In this document: positions 24,101 through 33,032 of the stretch, piece by piece
How positions within the stretch are numbered: position 1 is the first letter of the stretch
How the letters are laid out: every line of letters begins with the position of its first letter
DNA from: a virus
Virus record (IMG/VR): IMGVR_UViG_3300025082_000005
Span: 7,999 to 71,998 of that record
DNA: 64,000 nucleotides
Direction: 5' to 3' (one strand)
Position numbers and translations under genes: made by a program
The notes under the pieces: generated by a model
Told to the model about the DNA's origin: nothing
Seen by the model: only the letters and a program-made list of their open reading frames with translations
Databases searched by the model: none

Positions 24101-27100
24101 CTGAATGGATTAATCGATTCACGACCCAACCTATCATCAAAGAATACACAGACCTTACTTTAAATAGTGAAGGTAGAGTAAACGAAACGCAGTATGATGA
24201 TGGTAAGCCTATTAAGCCTATTGATATCATTAAGCAAATGGAGAAGTATGCGGTGAAAGAGGTGATACCTTTCTCCAATGATAGCATGCCTTCTAAGAAG
24301 ACACTAGAGGCTCAACTAAAGGATCCAACTGCAGCTACACAACGTCAATTGTTGTCCTTGTTCTTAGAACTTCAAGAGTATGCTAAGGCATTGAACCTAC
24401 AATTACGGGCATCTAAAGCAGATACCAAAGGAGCTGGAAGAACTTTAATGGAAGCCTTTATTGCACAGAATGTAAAGCTAGAAGCCTTAGCGAGTCCATT
24501 GATAGAGAATGTCGATCGTAAGTTCGATAGCACTATGTTGGGAACATATTATGATAACTCAGTCCTTCTTTCGCTCCAAGCATTTGGTGGAGAGTTTATG
24601 GGGATGTCTAAAGCTGTACAAGGAACTGTTGAGAAGATTGGAACTATGACCGGTAAGTTTCCGGTTACTGATCTTGAGATAGCTACTCTTATTGAGAATG
24701 AGGCATACACATACCTAATGAAGGACTTTCCTTTATTCCAACATGAGAACCCACGTAGCTTATTCTTTGGTAATACAAGTACAGCTAGGGCCTTAGAAGC
24801 TCTACAGAAAGGAGAAGACTCTCCAGTTAAGGAGAATTTGCTAATTAGAAACTTACAAGTAAATCGAGGAGAAGGGCTTGATCCAGACTTCATCGACATT
24901 GCTGGATCAAGTAAGAAGGATAAGCAAGGACAAGAAGCCTTAAGTGAAGCATGGTATGATCTTATTACTCATCCAGATGAGGTTATCTCAAACTTTGGGA
25001 AAGAGTTGATTACTTATGCTTTCCAAACAACTGGTTTGAATCAGACAGCTTCTGCTTTCTTTGACTTAATGCCTCCAAGATTCTTAGAGGAGCATAAGTT
25101 CAAGGAGTATGTCAGTGGTATGAACTCTGTTGTTCAGGAGACGGCTGGAGGAGTAGGCTACCTTGATAACTTCGCTGGTCGATTCCTTCGAAATAACTGG
25201 GCCAACAATAAGCTTGTGCCTGTAGCTTCTGATATGGCCAAGCAATCAGTCAATAATTATCCTGAATCTATTGCTTTCCGTATTCATGAGAAATCGTCTA
25301 ACTATGTTGTAGGTTTAGACGAGAATGGTAGGAAGGTATTCTATCCATACCTCAAGACAAAAGCTTCTCTATTTCGTCTACAGGGATATAAAGACACACT
25401 TAAAGGTAGAACCGCTATTTATTCTAGAGCTACGAAACGTGGTCTAGATGCAGGAAGATATAAGATCAAAGACTACAATAAGCGTCCAATGGATTTGGAT
25501 GACACCTTAGGCGTTCAATTAATAGAGGGACAAGACTATACTACTAAGTATATGCCTCCTATGGAGCCTTTTACAGAGGATGAAACACAAGAACAACGTT
25601 TCTCTTCTATGGCTGCAGAAACTATGTCTGGTCTCCATACTAAGATAGAACTAGTTCAAGGGCTATTTGATGCTGATTTCGTATTGGATGAGACGCTGCC
25701 AGGAGTAGCTAATGTGAAGCCTGGAACTACAGGAAGACCTTTGATTACCATCAATCCTATCAAGATGAAGGAAGATACGGTTATCCATGAGGTAGGCCAT
25801 ATCTATATCGATTCATTAGGAGGCATGGGAGACCCTTTCATACGTGCTGGGGTTGAGCAATTGAATGGTTCTGTAGCAGAACAGATTGTAACTAAGAACT
25901 ATCCTAATATGACAGGAGAAGCTAAGAGCAAAGAAGTTCTTGCTACTGCTATTGGTATGGAAAGTGCTAAGCTCTTTAATGCAGAGGTACATAAGAAAGG
26001 AAAGTGGAATAGATGGCTTGTAGGTCTATGGTCTAAGGTAAAGGCAATGTTTGGTATCAAGCCAAATGTAGCTAAGCAGATGGCTAGGGAAATCCTTACT
26101 GATCGTATTCGAAAGGGAGAACACTCTTTATCGGAGTATACCCAAGAACAACGTGACGAGGCTGCACAAGACAATATGGATGATCTCGATGCAGTGCAAT
26201 CGCTTCTAAATAGACTTAAAGCGTCTATGCGTCTTAAGATCAATATCCATGAGAAGAAGACAGAGGCTGCGCACAGTAAGGAGACTAAAGAGTTGAGAGA
26301 GGCGCACTTAGCGAAACTTGAAGAGCTTCTTGGTCAAATTGAGAAGGCTCAGAATTATGAAGGCTTGCTCTTATTTATCGAGAAAGCACAGAAGGATACT
26401 GATGCCATACGTAAACGACTAGATAATTTCTTGGAAACTAAGGAGCCTATACCTCTCCAAAGTCTACAGGAAATGAAGACGTATATTGGTACTTATGATA
26501 ATATTCAAGATATCAGAAGGGCCATACATAGAGTAAAAGACTTTGATTTATCTACAGTAGATGAACGTTTAGATACAATTGAACGTAACTTAAGTAGAGT
26601 CAATCTTTCTTACGAGCTTATTGCTAAAGATAATCTTGTAGATTCCATGCTTCCATACTCTACAAGGAATGAACATATGGAATTCCGAACTAAGTATGCC
26701 GAAGAGTTCCAAACGAATATCGAACCTCAAGGAACGAAGAAAGGGAAAGAGCTTAAGAACTGGAAAGCGCGTAGAGCTGCTTACATTAATAACCGTGTGG
26801 CAGAGAACAAAGCTGAGATTAAGACCGCTGAGAGAGAGTACTTGTACCAGTTGATAGAGGAATCTAAGGCTGATTTGACATACTTCGATTCTCATATCTT
26901 AGATCCAAGAGCTGTGAATAACCAAGTTATCCAACTTACTGTAAAGGCACTAGATAGAGCTGATTACGACAGTATGAGAAGCTTTCAAAACGCCTTCAAG
27001 AGCGTCTATACTACTTGGGAGAAGTTTATGGAAGGCAAGAAAGCTAAAGGCATTACTGATATTAAGGCTATCTATGCTCCTTTATTAACCAAGGAAACTA

Positions 27101-29316
27101 CATATGTAGGAGGAAAGAAAGAAAAGAAAGAAGTAAGCGTATATATAGAGAAACACGATTACACCTCATTCATGCGAGCAGAAGCTGTAGCAAGCAGGAA
27201 AGCAAATATGGATAAGAATAAGCATGATGAGATCATCGATGCTTTCTATGCTGAGAATGCTACACTAGTAGATGGATCTTGGGTACCAAACGATAAGTAT
27301 TTGTCTAAGGAATACCAAGCACTCTCTCCGGAGAACAAGGAGATGTTGGATGCCCTACGGAAAGTGAATGCTAAAGCAGACAACCTTCTCCCTGTAGGAA
27401 GTCAACTCAAGAACCGATTACCAAGTATTCGAGCTTCTTTGATGGAGACATTCAAGACTAGTGGCTTTAAGGCTGCTATAAAGGAATGGAGGAAGGAAAC
27501 CTTTACTACTGAGTCAGATGAGACTGATTTTGGTAATATGTCTATACAGAAGGAAACTAAGAAGAAGTTTGCCTTCCTTTGGGCCAATGAGAAGCTTGAG
27601 CAATCTAAGCTTATTCCTATCTTCTTCCGAAGTGAATTAACTGAGAAGGAACAGTCCTTTGATTTGATGGGAATGGCTATGAGTAATTACTACATGGCCT
27701 CTAATTTCCATAACAAATCTAAGGTCTCAGCAAATATTGAAGTACTTAGGGATCTAATCAAGGCCTCCCGAGTAGGAGAGACTAAGGATTGGAAACGTAA
27801 GATGGTGGCTGGTCTTGGCCTGGGTAACCTAATTCCTATAACCAAACCAGGAGGAGAGTCTAATCTTTCTAAAGCTTTGGAAAGCCTTGTAGATGATCGA
27901 CTATACGGTATACGAGAAATCGATGCAGGGTCTGTCAAGATATTAGGTAAAGAGATGAGCCTGAATAAGATATCTAAGCTGGTAGCTGGTTGGACGGCTG
28001 ATACTACGTTGATCTTGAACTATGCTTCGGCTTCTTCTAACCTTGTAATGGGCCATGTCCAGACATTTATAGAAGCAGGAGCGAAGACCTTCTATGATCG
28101 AGGGGATGTAAAGAAAGCCTTTGGGAAATACCGTAAGGATATTAAGGATATCCTTGGTGATGTAGGTAAAGAAGAACATATCTATAAAGCTAAGACTAAC
28201 CTTCTTATGGAACGCTTTGATATGCGAGGGGAATTCTCTGGACTGATCAATAGTATGCTTTCCGATACTAAGATGAAGCGGTTGTTCAGTAAGCAGACTG
28301 CCCATGGCTTGAATGGTTTGGCTGAACACAACATACAAGGTGTGCTCATGTATTCACTATTGAACAATATCCGAGTACAAAACGCTAAAGGGGAATATTT
28401 AACCAAGGATGGCACCACTAAGGAATTTGCTGATGCTATGTCTTTGGATGAAGCTTATACTGTAGTTGATGGTAAGCTTGTAATGGATTCTAGAGTAGCC
28501 AAAACCACTAAAGATCTATCCGGTACTTCCTTTGGACAAGCAGAAGAGTCTGAGATCTCTGGATACTTGAAGTATATTAATGCTGATCTTAATGGTAACT
28601 ACGATTCAAATAACCGATCGGTTTGGCAAAGACATGTACTTGGCCAACAAGCTTTCTTAATGAAGAAGTGGATACCAAGAGCCTTCAAACGTAGATGGGG
28701 AGGAATCCAACATGCTTTCACGGATAGAGCTGATATGGAAGAACACCAAAGAAACTACAACGAGTATATCAAGATGGAGAGCGAAGGTTTATATGCTACA
28801 CTTCTTCGATATATGGGCAATACAGTTAAAGCTGCTAAAGAGCATAAGTTCAAAGCCTTTAGTCTTGAGTGGGAGAAGCTTGATGATATGCAGAAAGCTA
28901 ATCTTGCTAGAGTCCAATGGGAATTCGGCATGCTTGCTTTAGGTGCATTTGGTTCTATGTTGATCGCTGGCTTAGCTGGAGGAGATGACGACAAGGATAA
29001 GAAGTCACAAGGTATATACTTTGTTGCCTACTTATTCCGTAGACTGTACTCAGAGCTTTCCTTCTTTACTGATCCTGTAGAGATGTTGAAGATGGCTGAT
29101 ACTCCATTGATGGGCTTACGTACGATAGCAAACCTATTCAAAGCTTTCTATGGTTTGATGCCTTGGAACATCACAGATACGTATAAAGGAGGAAAGGATA
29201 AGGACGACCTTAAGATTTGGAATAAATTTAGTAAGACTATGCCTATTCGTACAGCCATGGGACAACTAGATCGAGACTTCGAGAAGTCTTACCATTTCCT
29301 ATTACGAGGTTATTAA
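15136..29316 (+). CDS. Giant virion RNA polymerase polyprotein (crAss-type two-barrel RNAP with zincin-like and other domains)
   Basis: About 4726 aa from ATG 15136; ADAQAY, GYRIPNQ and TGSDYDIDKMY (DxDxD at 23308-23322); HEAFH (19210-19224) and HEVGH (25786-25800); N- and C-terminal hydrophobic segments. Confidence 0.9.
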   Translation: MPENNKPTSIKPTVNPLFGPGETELAINPLTRLPVEAPKRMDRREQAHFQTTMDQVPDLQHVKDLGDYTEYGVSMFPQLEHNWKTEQAQNQSGWEHALGFLNQGVVGEVVGGMIEGFGWLGEYNTWANISKGEEEEVGNFLIDIGEGIQDWTKEATPIYEDPNASAWNPASSAWWASKGTSVLSFASMLIPAAGAVKAIGVVGKGLGMLAKAAKLAKGLGKLGKVGKALKGVQMSAKGSRMLKLAGKGMAQAVVSRHIENNMEASGVFKEQYDKFISAGLDDKEAKKLAGEAAQDTYVRNWAMLAQDIPQYMLMGSKVKLGGFAEKALTKAAGATAAKALTNKYLVTGLSEGLEESFQFWVGEEAKYLTDVKAGIAKESSHGERMKKYLKNGELWTSFFFGAFGGMAMEGAGPGIKKVTEGATERLSTMPAKGLHHLGASISAIARKTGRNLFYSDAIKAADESGDKEASTYLRKKWNIDTAIDHLDQDTFAGYMEDIENFSETSKEDKEEFAEKHGLDPQQLLDLQTNYASYIKDAGQAKEIYDGYKNDGYAEATLAPMVMRAMDAQIASDLSIQASEQIVNKSATRGKESLTPGSGEAVYSASIEVRRIKEALKVYSKEAKNKGTGKARQERVSKRVKELTSELKDAEKVLVEANAIERTASEKRADARVIKRALSERGLFKAYNTKEYNDMLTEEAQDEIDHLQGDAIQNEHKYTTDVNELINAKDRGEHNQVVDKIREKYGEAIPEPIAKAIAGTSKMMQLREMQSSEKKQANANEKGIAEKREEIKNETDLTKAVMDADGMRKDMGEEGASALETEQVTSTVSTKQNIEGATRASDAVAASNTNDENPGSAEPTTNSVPLPKVTKSMKDSMLSFNWTSARNGGSTDSANQVLTDLLEDPKFKAVGTKLELVVEGDGIRAILLNADGEWITTNDNPVGPLLHMPIDQKDNPNFTSGKRAELGALIAQVREASEKGLRVFTEITKRTGGHKQLGLEPISIREIETATGAPAKLMVSLGTSLMYHNGNPVTDTDATGTGGAIYLETRDIEGNLVPMKLDASYLTREEANLMVDLYTDFQNRNTWFNTPVADNPMVEGLTYGQAFELLAYEGSKTANTIITDEESEDYGKRKDLYYNKNTKSLHFGAKAIPIDKINEVREDIVDWMMAMVPRYASIKKLNLPMSEWATRDGRTSTAKFSFMGKDYTVKDKYNDFLIDSEKYLTNLSPNDGKLFIQPTIEFSSTLDIEEETAQEPVVPTPEQTKEAGGDTKEAKAPDNPFGGVKRKKTGFNLMAAPSGGYTIANMAEERAWLEAVLPNVPVTVIDGLIRMANKGGRAYGAYVNGMIQLSNIMEKGTAYHEAFHAVSQLYLSENERTELYEEARSKYGTPTQEQLDARKVESEQDWFEEKLADDFRAFVHSEGTMSFHPKAKSFFGKLWEMIKHLFGSRSKVDQVFAKINRGYYATAPMSGRVAKMTNKALYNRADNLNVSQFYDIVDTITFSVVQESKLMETEDISALTMEAISTDAISGHLATYYDLAMEANNLTTANIFIAANADVDAIRSAILDKFNEMQLEVNPEVQAILDTDDLTEEEKTEKLNTKSAFEYSGKDNATGNVKLLLSMVPKLKSTDLIEQEDGSVVKDYEINPNTGLPRLAYAASTWAALAKSLSGIVDSYIYETGELTTAFDKMLVAMDELTTTRPEISILTAKLRDPAYPMHKKIQFFSAFSKANMQYYTARFKKEGQIKQFVFSKSESRSPAEQVRNEWVQNFRDKMYAYSGDHMALDSEPLTFAYSLMVSLKEDVLEAIQARKELNVEVPVEEYKEQLFQSLNSVGIELSRPAFNYWMEGRPGNNEDQRLKNAVTKVAIMFESPTGLTKVITDGAEGKKPWVKSEKTALALAEVESLFREDLSESGVLGADNSMYYTYSLNNFLIKKIQEIKNNDEYLEKLSKIPGNANAIWISELLNNKKTREEFNYNVFNNLREEAAGDTGSKFSDLKPADELALRINQTLQGRYSLLTAADKGVYTTITGFAPKKLELDFRGDDIIFNNVSTVDIIGNYFIDELARMSQAWNEVHGPNAIPVEQQVEHYHKGKRHAFKSQLFPSLSPIEITESGEVVDNIDLDVDTLELIKTYITSDNNKPTWGTKTVNQLRPKVEGLLKRLAEKEIDLAVQTGVLQKQGGNLINVGLDTSVLKTFRKKGATDTQAIKSMMADYMVNSLIAHVETGKLFTGDPAYYKSLDDLKKRVPGIIAPGQDLFIHPAENGRERQFYNVAIVKDIEENMAVTQPEVYKGYKDALIESGMSESEAEEALSPYREINVADAQAYVTMERYKDLLQMLGKWRPSMEAPFDRLSKGEEVVAEDVSLFLQPLKGMYYDLVPSPTGNRMQPVYLKYSLAPLIPGMIRGTKMQGVLAAMKRDKVQELVFESGIKVGARGQVDIKDADLKFNPIELDNRNWKLQQDLSAKYLKKGEAIEGSQVLKNALANINPSAMYGDKEGAQLIEEFVAADRYLSDLGAESLKKEFGVTLDEKGGIVSIDKKKLYPVLIKELKAEAPKYVLEALDRGVALDAIPQFRKKIQQKLLSMVTARTVRLKMPGGSFVQMSPAMFEAITGSDIYKESDILWLTDGTALLPPRIEDGISKPGQVLVPHSLVNKYPGFMDMTKAEQIKLLRQAQKEGLLEGVGYRIPNQDMASTDYLEVAGVLPAYMGDTIIAYSAITAKTGSDYDIDKMYFMLPNFDLKINKRAMRKDFLENNKGLFDTLREEAQIKDMDNSTLFKSIQEQSRSGLDLTETEQALVKAWKDMNKEDYVSGITKTPSSLDNKRSAQNYKLDRYKEILLAKETFTRLISPIDAEWLKNDTKKIRELLGQETKLGDLEFFSGYEQYVTKRKFAGGQHGVGQTANHLVDHVLTQMAGVFLTRNFGLGHGYGDATSVAETKELDGSRYITSNVSAYMNAYVDIAKDPYIFDLNNNTFTANTVFLLIRMGVKPEWINRFTTQPIIKEYTDLTLNSEGRVNETQYDDGKPIKPIDIIKQMEKYAVKEVIPFSNDSMPSKKTLEAQLKDPTAATQRQLLSLFLELQEYAKALNLQLRASKADTKGAGRTLMEAFIAQNVKLEALASPLIENVDRKFDSTMLGTYYDNSVLLSLQAFGGEFMGMSKAVQGTVEKIGTMTGKFPVTDLEIATLIENEAYTYLMKDFPLFQHENPRSLFFGNTSTARALEALQKGEDSPVKENLLIRNLQVNRGEGLDPDFIDIAGSSKKDKQGQEALSEAWYDLITHPDEVISNFGKELITYAFQTTGLNQTASAFFDLMPPRFLEEHKFKEYVSGMNSVVQETAGGVGYLDNFAGRFLRNNWANNKLVPVASDMAKQSVNNYPESIAFRIHEKSSNYVVGLDENGRKVFYPYLKTKASLFRLQGYKDTLKGRTAIYSRATKRGLDAGRYKIKDYNKRPMDLDDTLGVQLIEGQDYTTKYMPPMEPFTEDETQEQRFSSMAAETMSGLHTKIELVQGLFDADFVLDETLPGVANVKPGTTGRPLITINPIKMKEDTVIHEVGHIYIDSLGGMGDPFIRAGVEQLNGSVAEQIVTKNYPNMTGEAKSKEVLATAIGMESAKLFNAEVHKKGKWNRWLVGLWSKVKAMFGIKPNVAKQMAREILTDRIRKGEHSLSEYTQEQRDEAAQDNMDDLDAVQSLLNRLKASMRLKINIHEKKTEAAHSKETKELREAHLAKLEELLGQIEKAQNYEGLLLFIEKAQKDTDAIRKRLDNFLETKEPIPLQSLQEMKTYIGTYDNIQDIRRAIHRVKDFDLSTVDERLDTIERNLSRVNLSYELIAKDNLVDSMLPYSTRNEHMEFRTKYAEEFQTNIEPQGTKKGKELKNWKARRAAYINNRVAENKAEIKTAEREYLYQLIEESKADLTYFDSHILDPRAVNNQVIQLTVKALDRADYDSMRSFQNAFKSVYTTWEKFMEGKKAKGITDIKAIYAPLLTKETTYVGGKKEKKEVSVYIEKHDYTSFMRAEAVASRKANMDKNKHDEIIDAFYAENATLVDGSWVPNDKYLSKEYQALSPENKEMLDALRKVNAKADNLLPVGSQLKNRLPSIRASLMETFKTSGFKAAIKEWRKETFTTESDETDFGNMSIQKETKKKFAFLWANEKLEQSKLIPIFFRSELTEKEQSFDLMGMAMSNYYMASNFHNKSKVSANIEVLRDLIKASRVGETKDWKRKMVAGLGLGNLIPITKPGGESNLSKALESLVDDRLYGIREIDAGSVKILGKEMSLNKISKLVAGWTADTTLILNYASASSNLVMGHVQTFIEAGAKTFYDRGDVKKAFGKYRKDIKDILGDVGKEEHIYKAKTNLLMERFDMRGEFSGLINSMLSDTKMKRLFSKQTAHGLNGLAEHNIQGVLMYSLLNNIRVQNAKGEYLTKDGTTKEFADAMSLDEAYTVVDGKLVMDSRVAKTTKDLSGTSFGQAEESEISGYLKYINADLNGNYDSNNRSVWQRHVLGQQAFLMKKWIPRAFKRRWGGIQHAFTDRADMEEHQRNYNEYIKMESEGLYATLLRYMGNTVKAAKEHKFKAFSLEWEKLDDMQKANLARVQWEFGMLALGAFGSMLIAGLAGGDDDKDKKSQGIYFVAYLFRRLYSELSFFTDPVEMLKMADTPLMGLRTIANLFKAFYGLMPWNITDTYKGGKDKDDLKIWNKFSKTMPIRTAMGQLDRDFEKSYHFLLRGY

Positions 29317-29349
29317 AGTATAATAAAAAAGAGTATATTTAGAGACAAC

Positions 29350-29372
29350 ATGCAGGGGTAAAACCCTTGCAT
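29350..29372 (+). other. Intergenic stem-loop upstream of the holin-like gene
   Basis: ATGCAGGGGT-AAA-ACCCTTGCAT inverted repeat with no T-tract. Confidence 0.45.
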
Positions 29373-29401
29373 ATACCATTATGTATTAACCCTTTTGTAA
29401 G

Positions 29402-29701
29402 ATGGCAACTACACCGGATTCACATTTAACTATAATAATCACAGGCATTGTAACTTTCATGACCGGTGGAGGCCTATATAAGTTCTATGAGGCCTGGGCC
29501 AAACGAAAGAAAGAGAACAAAGCAGAAGAGCAAGCAGATGCTCAAGCCTTTCGATACTTACTTCTTGAAAGAGTAACAGCTTTAGAGAAAGAAGCGAAGG
29601 CTAATGCTAAGATGATACTAAAGCTTACAAAGGAGAACGCAGAATTACGCGCAGAGAATGAGAACATGCGTAAGGAAATCAGTAAATTAAGAAAAGGATA
29701 A
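29402..29701 (+). CDS. Small membrane protein with one TM helix and a coiled coil (holin-like)
   Basis: N-terminal TM LTIIITGIVTFMTGGGLY followed by a heptad-rich tail. Confidence 0.5.
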   Translation: MATTPDSHLTIIITGIVTFMTGGGLYKFYEAWAKRKKENKAEEQADAQAFRYLLLERVTALEKEAKANAKMILKLTKENAELRAENENMRKEISKLRKG

Positions 29702-29704
29702 ACT

Positions 29705-32380
29705 ATGGCTCTTGTAGATCCTAACGTATATGCTAATTTATTCAGGACAATAAACCTTATTGCTTATAAGGAACCTGTACAAAGGAAGCGCTTTAGTAGA
29801 AAGAAGCTAGAATGTGATCTTGAGCTATGGTTATCTATGATAACTAGTGCAGGAGGGCCACATAGTACAACCCATGAATTAGGGGGTGATGATGTAATAG
29901 CTGGAGAGAACCTTGGTTTTACTTATGCAGCTGTTAATTATACACCAACTTTAGCCACCATTGGAGGGCATGTTATCGGTATCGATACTGTCCTTGGTTT
30001 ACATACCACTGATCTTACTGCTCTTAAGGGTAGAGTATTCAAAGTAACATATTATGAAGCTATCGACATTAGTGCAGGAACAGCGGGAACCCTCGCAGCA
30101 ATTCCTGCAACAGCAACAATCCAACAAGATGAATTCGGAGATGCGGGCACAGCGGTTCTTTCCACGGTTACGGGAGGCGGTAAGCCAACGTATGAAACGC
30201 CCTTGGATACAAACGGTGACGCTATTACTGTTGGGAGCCTTAATGGGGCTGGGGATTGGGTTACTACTGATACCTATGCTGACCCAGTAGTATTAATCTA
30301 TAAGTTTACAATTACCCTGGAGAACTATGATAACCTTGTTGAGGACAATGTTATAGATCATGTAAGGTATAATTCATTTACTCAAGGCTCCATTCCTTTT
30401 GCTGGAGTAGATGAAGAATTAAAGGAAGATAATGCAAACTTCTTTTGGGATGAGGCGAATGCTCGATTAGGGATAGGCCTTAATGCTCCTAGATTTGATA
30501 TCGAAGTGCAGCGAGTAGGCTCCGCTAACTTCTGGTTAGAAGGAACTAGTGGCGCTGGCTTCGAACTTTGTAATACCACAGGAGGGTTACATCAGAAGTA
30601 TATGCAATTCCTACAGGGGGATCAAGGAGGATTAGGACGCTTTAAATTCCGATTCCTTGGAGACGATTTCAATATTGCTAACCATGATAATGGAGGATTT
30701 ACTTACCTGTGGGATGGTACGAACAAGATAGCGTTCTGGGGAGTAAATACTGAGAATCCTACTCATACCTTTGAGGTAAATGGTGTTGATGATATTGGGT
30801 CAGAAGTTTTTGCCATAACAAATGATAGTGATGTATCAGTTTGGCAAACAGACACTTTAGGTCGCACTTTTACTGAACAAATAGTTCTTGGAGATAATGA
30901 TACTAGAGGAACTAGAAATAGTCGAATAGTTGTAGAACGAGGATCTCCTGTAGATGGGAATTCTGGAGGAGAGAATGAGGGGTTAATGGTAGTTACTAGA
31001 GCCGATGATAATGCCAATCATCGTGGTATGTATATTACGGTAGAACAGAATAACTCAGCTCAATTTAATAGGGGGTGTCAAGGGTTTAACGCTTTTATAG
31101 GTTTATATGGTGCAGGGTCTACGCATAACAATATAAGATGCGGGGCCTATGAGGTTCGATACAGAGCTGGAGACTACACGATAGTTAAAGGTGTAGCTGC
31201 TGGTGGGTTACGAAGCATGCAAGACGTTCTCACAACTGGGGGACATGTTATAGATTCTGTTGGAATTGAACTAGCTGTTTTAAAGTTTGAGGCAAACGGT
31301 GGAGCCGGGCAAGTTGACCCTACGGTTGATAACGCTAGGGGTATATGGGTTAAAGGTGCAGATTTATCATCTTCAGCTGGTGGAACATTAGATAATTATT
31401 ATGCCATCGACATAGATGCTCCAGTGGGATCTCCAACAGGAGATTTTTATGCAATTAGAACAGCCACAGGAGCAGGAATTGTAGAATTTGGAGAAGCCAT
31501 TAGAATTAAAGGAGGAAGCCCAGCAGTAGGCAGGGTGTGGACTTGTACCGATGCTATAACTGGTGAGGGTGAATGGCAGGTTAATGCTCCTTTAGTTACA
31601 ACACATAACTCTCTTACTGCTATACAAGGAGGAGCTGTTAATGAATATTATCACTTTGCTGAAAGAGAACACACTAGGTTACAGCAAATACAAGGAGGTG
31701 GTATAACTGCTGGAGGTACAGATACATATACTGCTACAGTTAATCCTGTTTTAACCGCTTATGCTACAGGAGATGTCTTTACTGTTCGCTTTACAAACGC
31801 TAATAGTGGAGCAGTTACTTTAAACTTAAACAGTCTTGGTGCTGTCTCAGTATTAAAGAACGGTACGTTTTCTTTAGTTAATGGAGACATTCTTGCAGGG
31901 CAGACATTTGATGTTATGTATGATGGTACTAACTTCCAGTTAATAGGAAGAGTATCAACAGGCCGTCCTATAGGTAATCTATATATATCATCATCAGCAA
32001 ACTCTCCGATAGCAGCAGCAAACACCCCTGAGAAAGCAGCAGGAACAACTACCTTGATTCCGTCTACTTTCTTTGACATGCCGGCAGATAACAGGTTGAG
32101 ATATACAGGAATAACGACTACAAAGTTTATAATGACTGCTTCGATCTCTGTATCTTGCGCGAATAACAACAAGTTTATCAATGCTTACTTCGCTAAGAAC
32201 GGAGCTGTTTTACCAGAGACTAAGATACAAAGAAAAATAGCTAATGGTGCAGATGTAGGAGAGCTAGGTCTTACTGGAACAGTGGAACTTGCTACTAACG
32301 ATTATATCGAAGTGTGGGTTGAAAATGAGACCGATGCTGGATGGGTACGATTAGACTTTATGAACTTAGTTATACAATAA
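29705..32380 (+). CDS. Tail fibre/receptor-binding protein
   Basis: Fibre motifs GSIPFAG...DNANFFWD...RLGIG, WGVNTENPTHTFEV and GGTDTYTAT...YDGTNFQL; C-terminal TNF/C1q-like beta domain (NDYIEVWVEN). Confidence 0.8.
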   Translation: MALVDPNVYANLFRTINLIAYKEPVQRKRFSRKKLECDLELWLSMITSAGGPHSTTHELGGDDVIAGENLGFTYAAVNYTPTLATIGGHVIGIDTVLGLHTTDLTALKGRVFKVTYYEAIDISAGTAGTLAAIPATATIQQDEFGDAGTAVLSTVTGGGKPTYETPLDTNGDAITVGSLNGAGDWVTTDTYADPVVLIYKFTITLENYDNLVEDNVIDHVRYNSFTQGSIPFAGVDEELKEDNANFFWDEANARLGIGLNAPRFDIEVQRVGSANFWLEGTSGAGFELCNTTGGLHQKYMQFLQGDQGGLGRFKFRFLGDDFNIANHDNGGFTYLWDGTNKIAFWGVNTENPTHTFEVNGVDDIGSEVFAITNDSDVSVWQTDTLGRTFTEQIVLGDNDTRGTRNSRIVVERGSPVDGNSGGENEGLMVVTRADDNANHRGMYITVEQNNSAQFNRGCQGFNAFIGLYGAGSTHNNIRCGAYEVRYRAGDYTIVKGVAAGGLRSMQDVLTTGGHVIDSVGIELAVLKFEANGGAGQVDPTVDNARGIWVKGADLSSSAGGTLDNYYAIDIDAPVGSPTGDFYAIRTATGAGIVEFGEAIRIKGGSPAVGRVWTCTDAITGEGEWQVNAPLVTTHNSLTAIQGGAVNEYYHFAEREHTRLQQIQGGGITAGGTDTYTATVNPVLTAYATGDVFTVRFTNANSGAVTLNLNSLGAVSVLKNGTFSLVNGDILAGQTFDVMYDGTNFQLIGRVSTGRPIGNLYISSSANSPIAAANTPEKAAGTTTLIPSTFFDMPADNRLRYTGITTTKFIMTASISVSCANNNKFINAYFAKNGAVLPETKIQRKIANGADVGELGLTGTVELATNDYIEVWVENETDAGWVRLDFMNLVIQ

Positions 32381-32390
32381 ACAAACTAAC

Positions 32391-32693
32391 ATGGCACTAG
32401 AAAAAGAACACACATTAACAACAGGCGTAGTAGGAAACTACTGGAGATTAGACACAATAACCTATAATGCTCGTACTAAGATAGTCAGAGCAGCCTTTGG
32501 TTTATATATAGACCAAGCTGCCTCTCTTAAATACGAACCTTTACAAGTAGAGAACAAGGTATTTAGAAATGTATCAAAGGAAGTAATGATAAGTAATGCT
32601 ATGGAGGCATTATATACTCTTGCAAAGGTCTCTGTTCTCGATGAAGATGGGGAGGAAACTAATATATTTGTTAACGCTACAGATTTACTATAA
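32391..32693 (+). CDS. Small fibre-associated protein (paralogue A)
   Basis: Shares MAL...NYWR.D...FGLYID...SKE.M..NA...LYTLAK...NIF with the next gene. Confidence 0.6.
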   Translation: MALEKEHTLTTGVVGNYWRLDTITYNARTKIVRAAFGLYIDQAASLKYEPLQVENKVFRNVSKEVMISNAMEALYTLAKVSVLDEDGEETNIFVNATDLL

Positions 32694-33022
32694 TGGCACT
32701 ACAATTAAAAACAGATACAGGTATAGGCATCATGGCCAATTATTGGCGTATAGATAAGGTTGATTACGATGCGATAAGGAAGACGGCTACCGTAGTCTTT
32801 GGTCTTTACATAGATAAAGAGAAGGCAGACGCTGGTAAGCTTGCTCTTAAGTCTCATAATATGCTTTTCGAAGATATTAGTAAAGAGGATATGGATACTA
32901 ATGCAATTGCTTCTCTTTATACTTTAGCAAAGCAATCCATAAAAAGAGAACATATGGACTTTGGAACAGGAGAGAAGACCGCAAAAGAACTTAATATATT
33001 TATAGACGCTATCGACGTTTAA
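32693..33022 (+). CDS. Small fibre-associated protein (paralogue B)
   Basis: Tandem paralogue of the preceding gene; overlapping TAATG junction. Confidence 0.6.
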   Translation: MALQLKTDTGIGIMANYWRIDKVDYDAIRKTATVVFGLYIDKEKADAGKLALKSHNMLFEDISKEDMDTNAIASLYTLAKQSIKREHMDFGTGEKTAKELNIFIDAIDV

Positions 33023-33032
33023 TCCCGTAATT

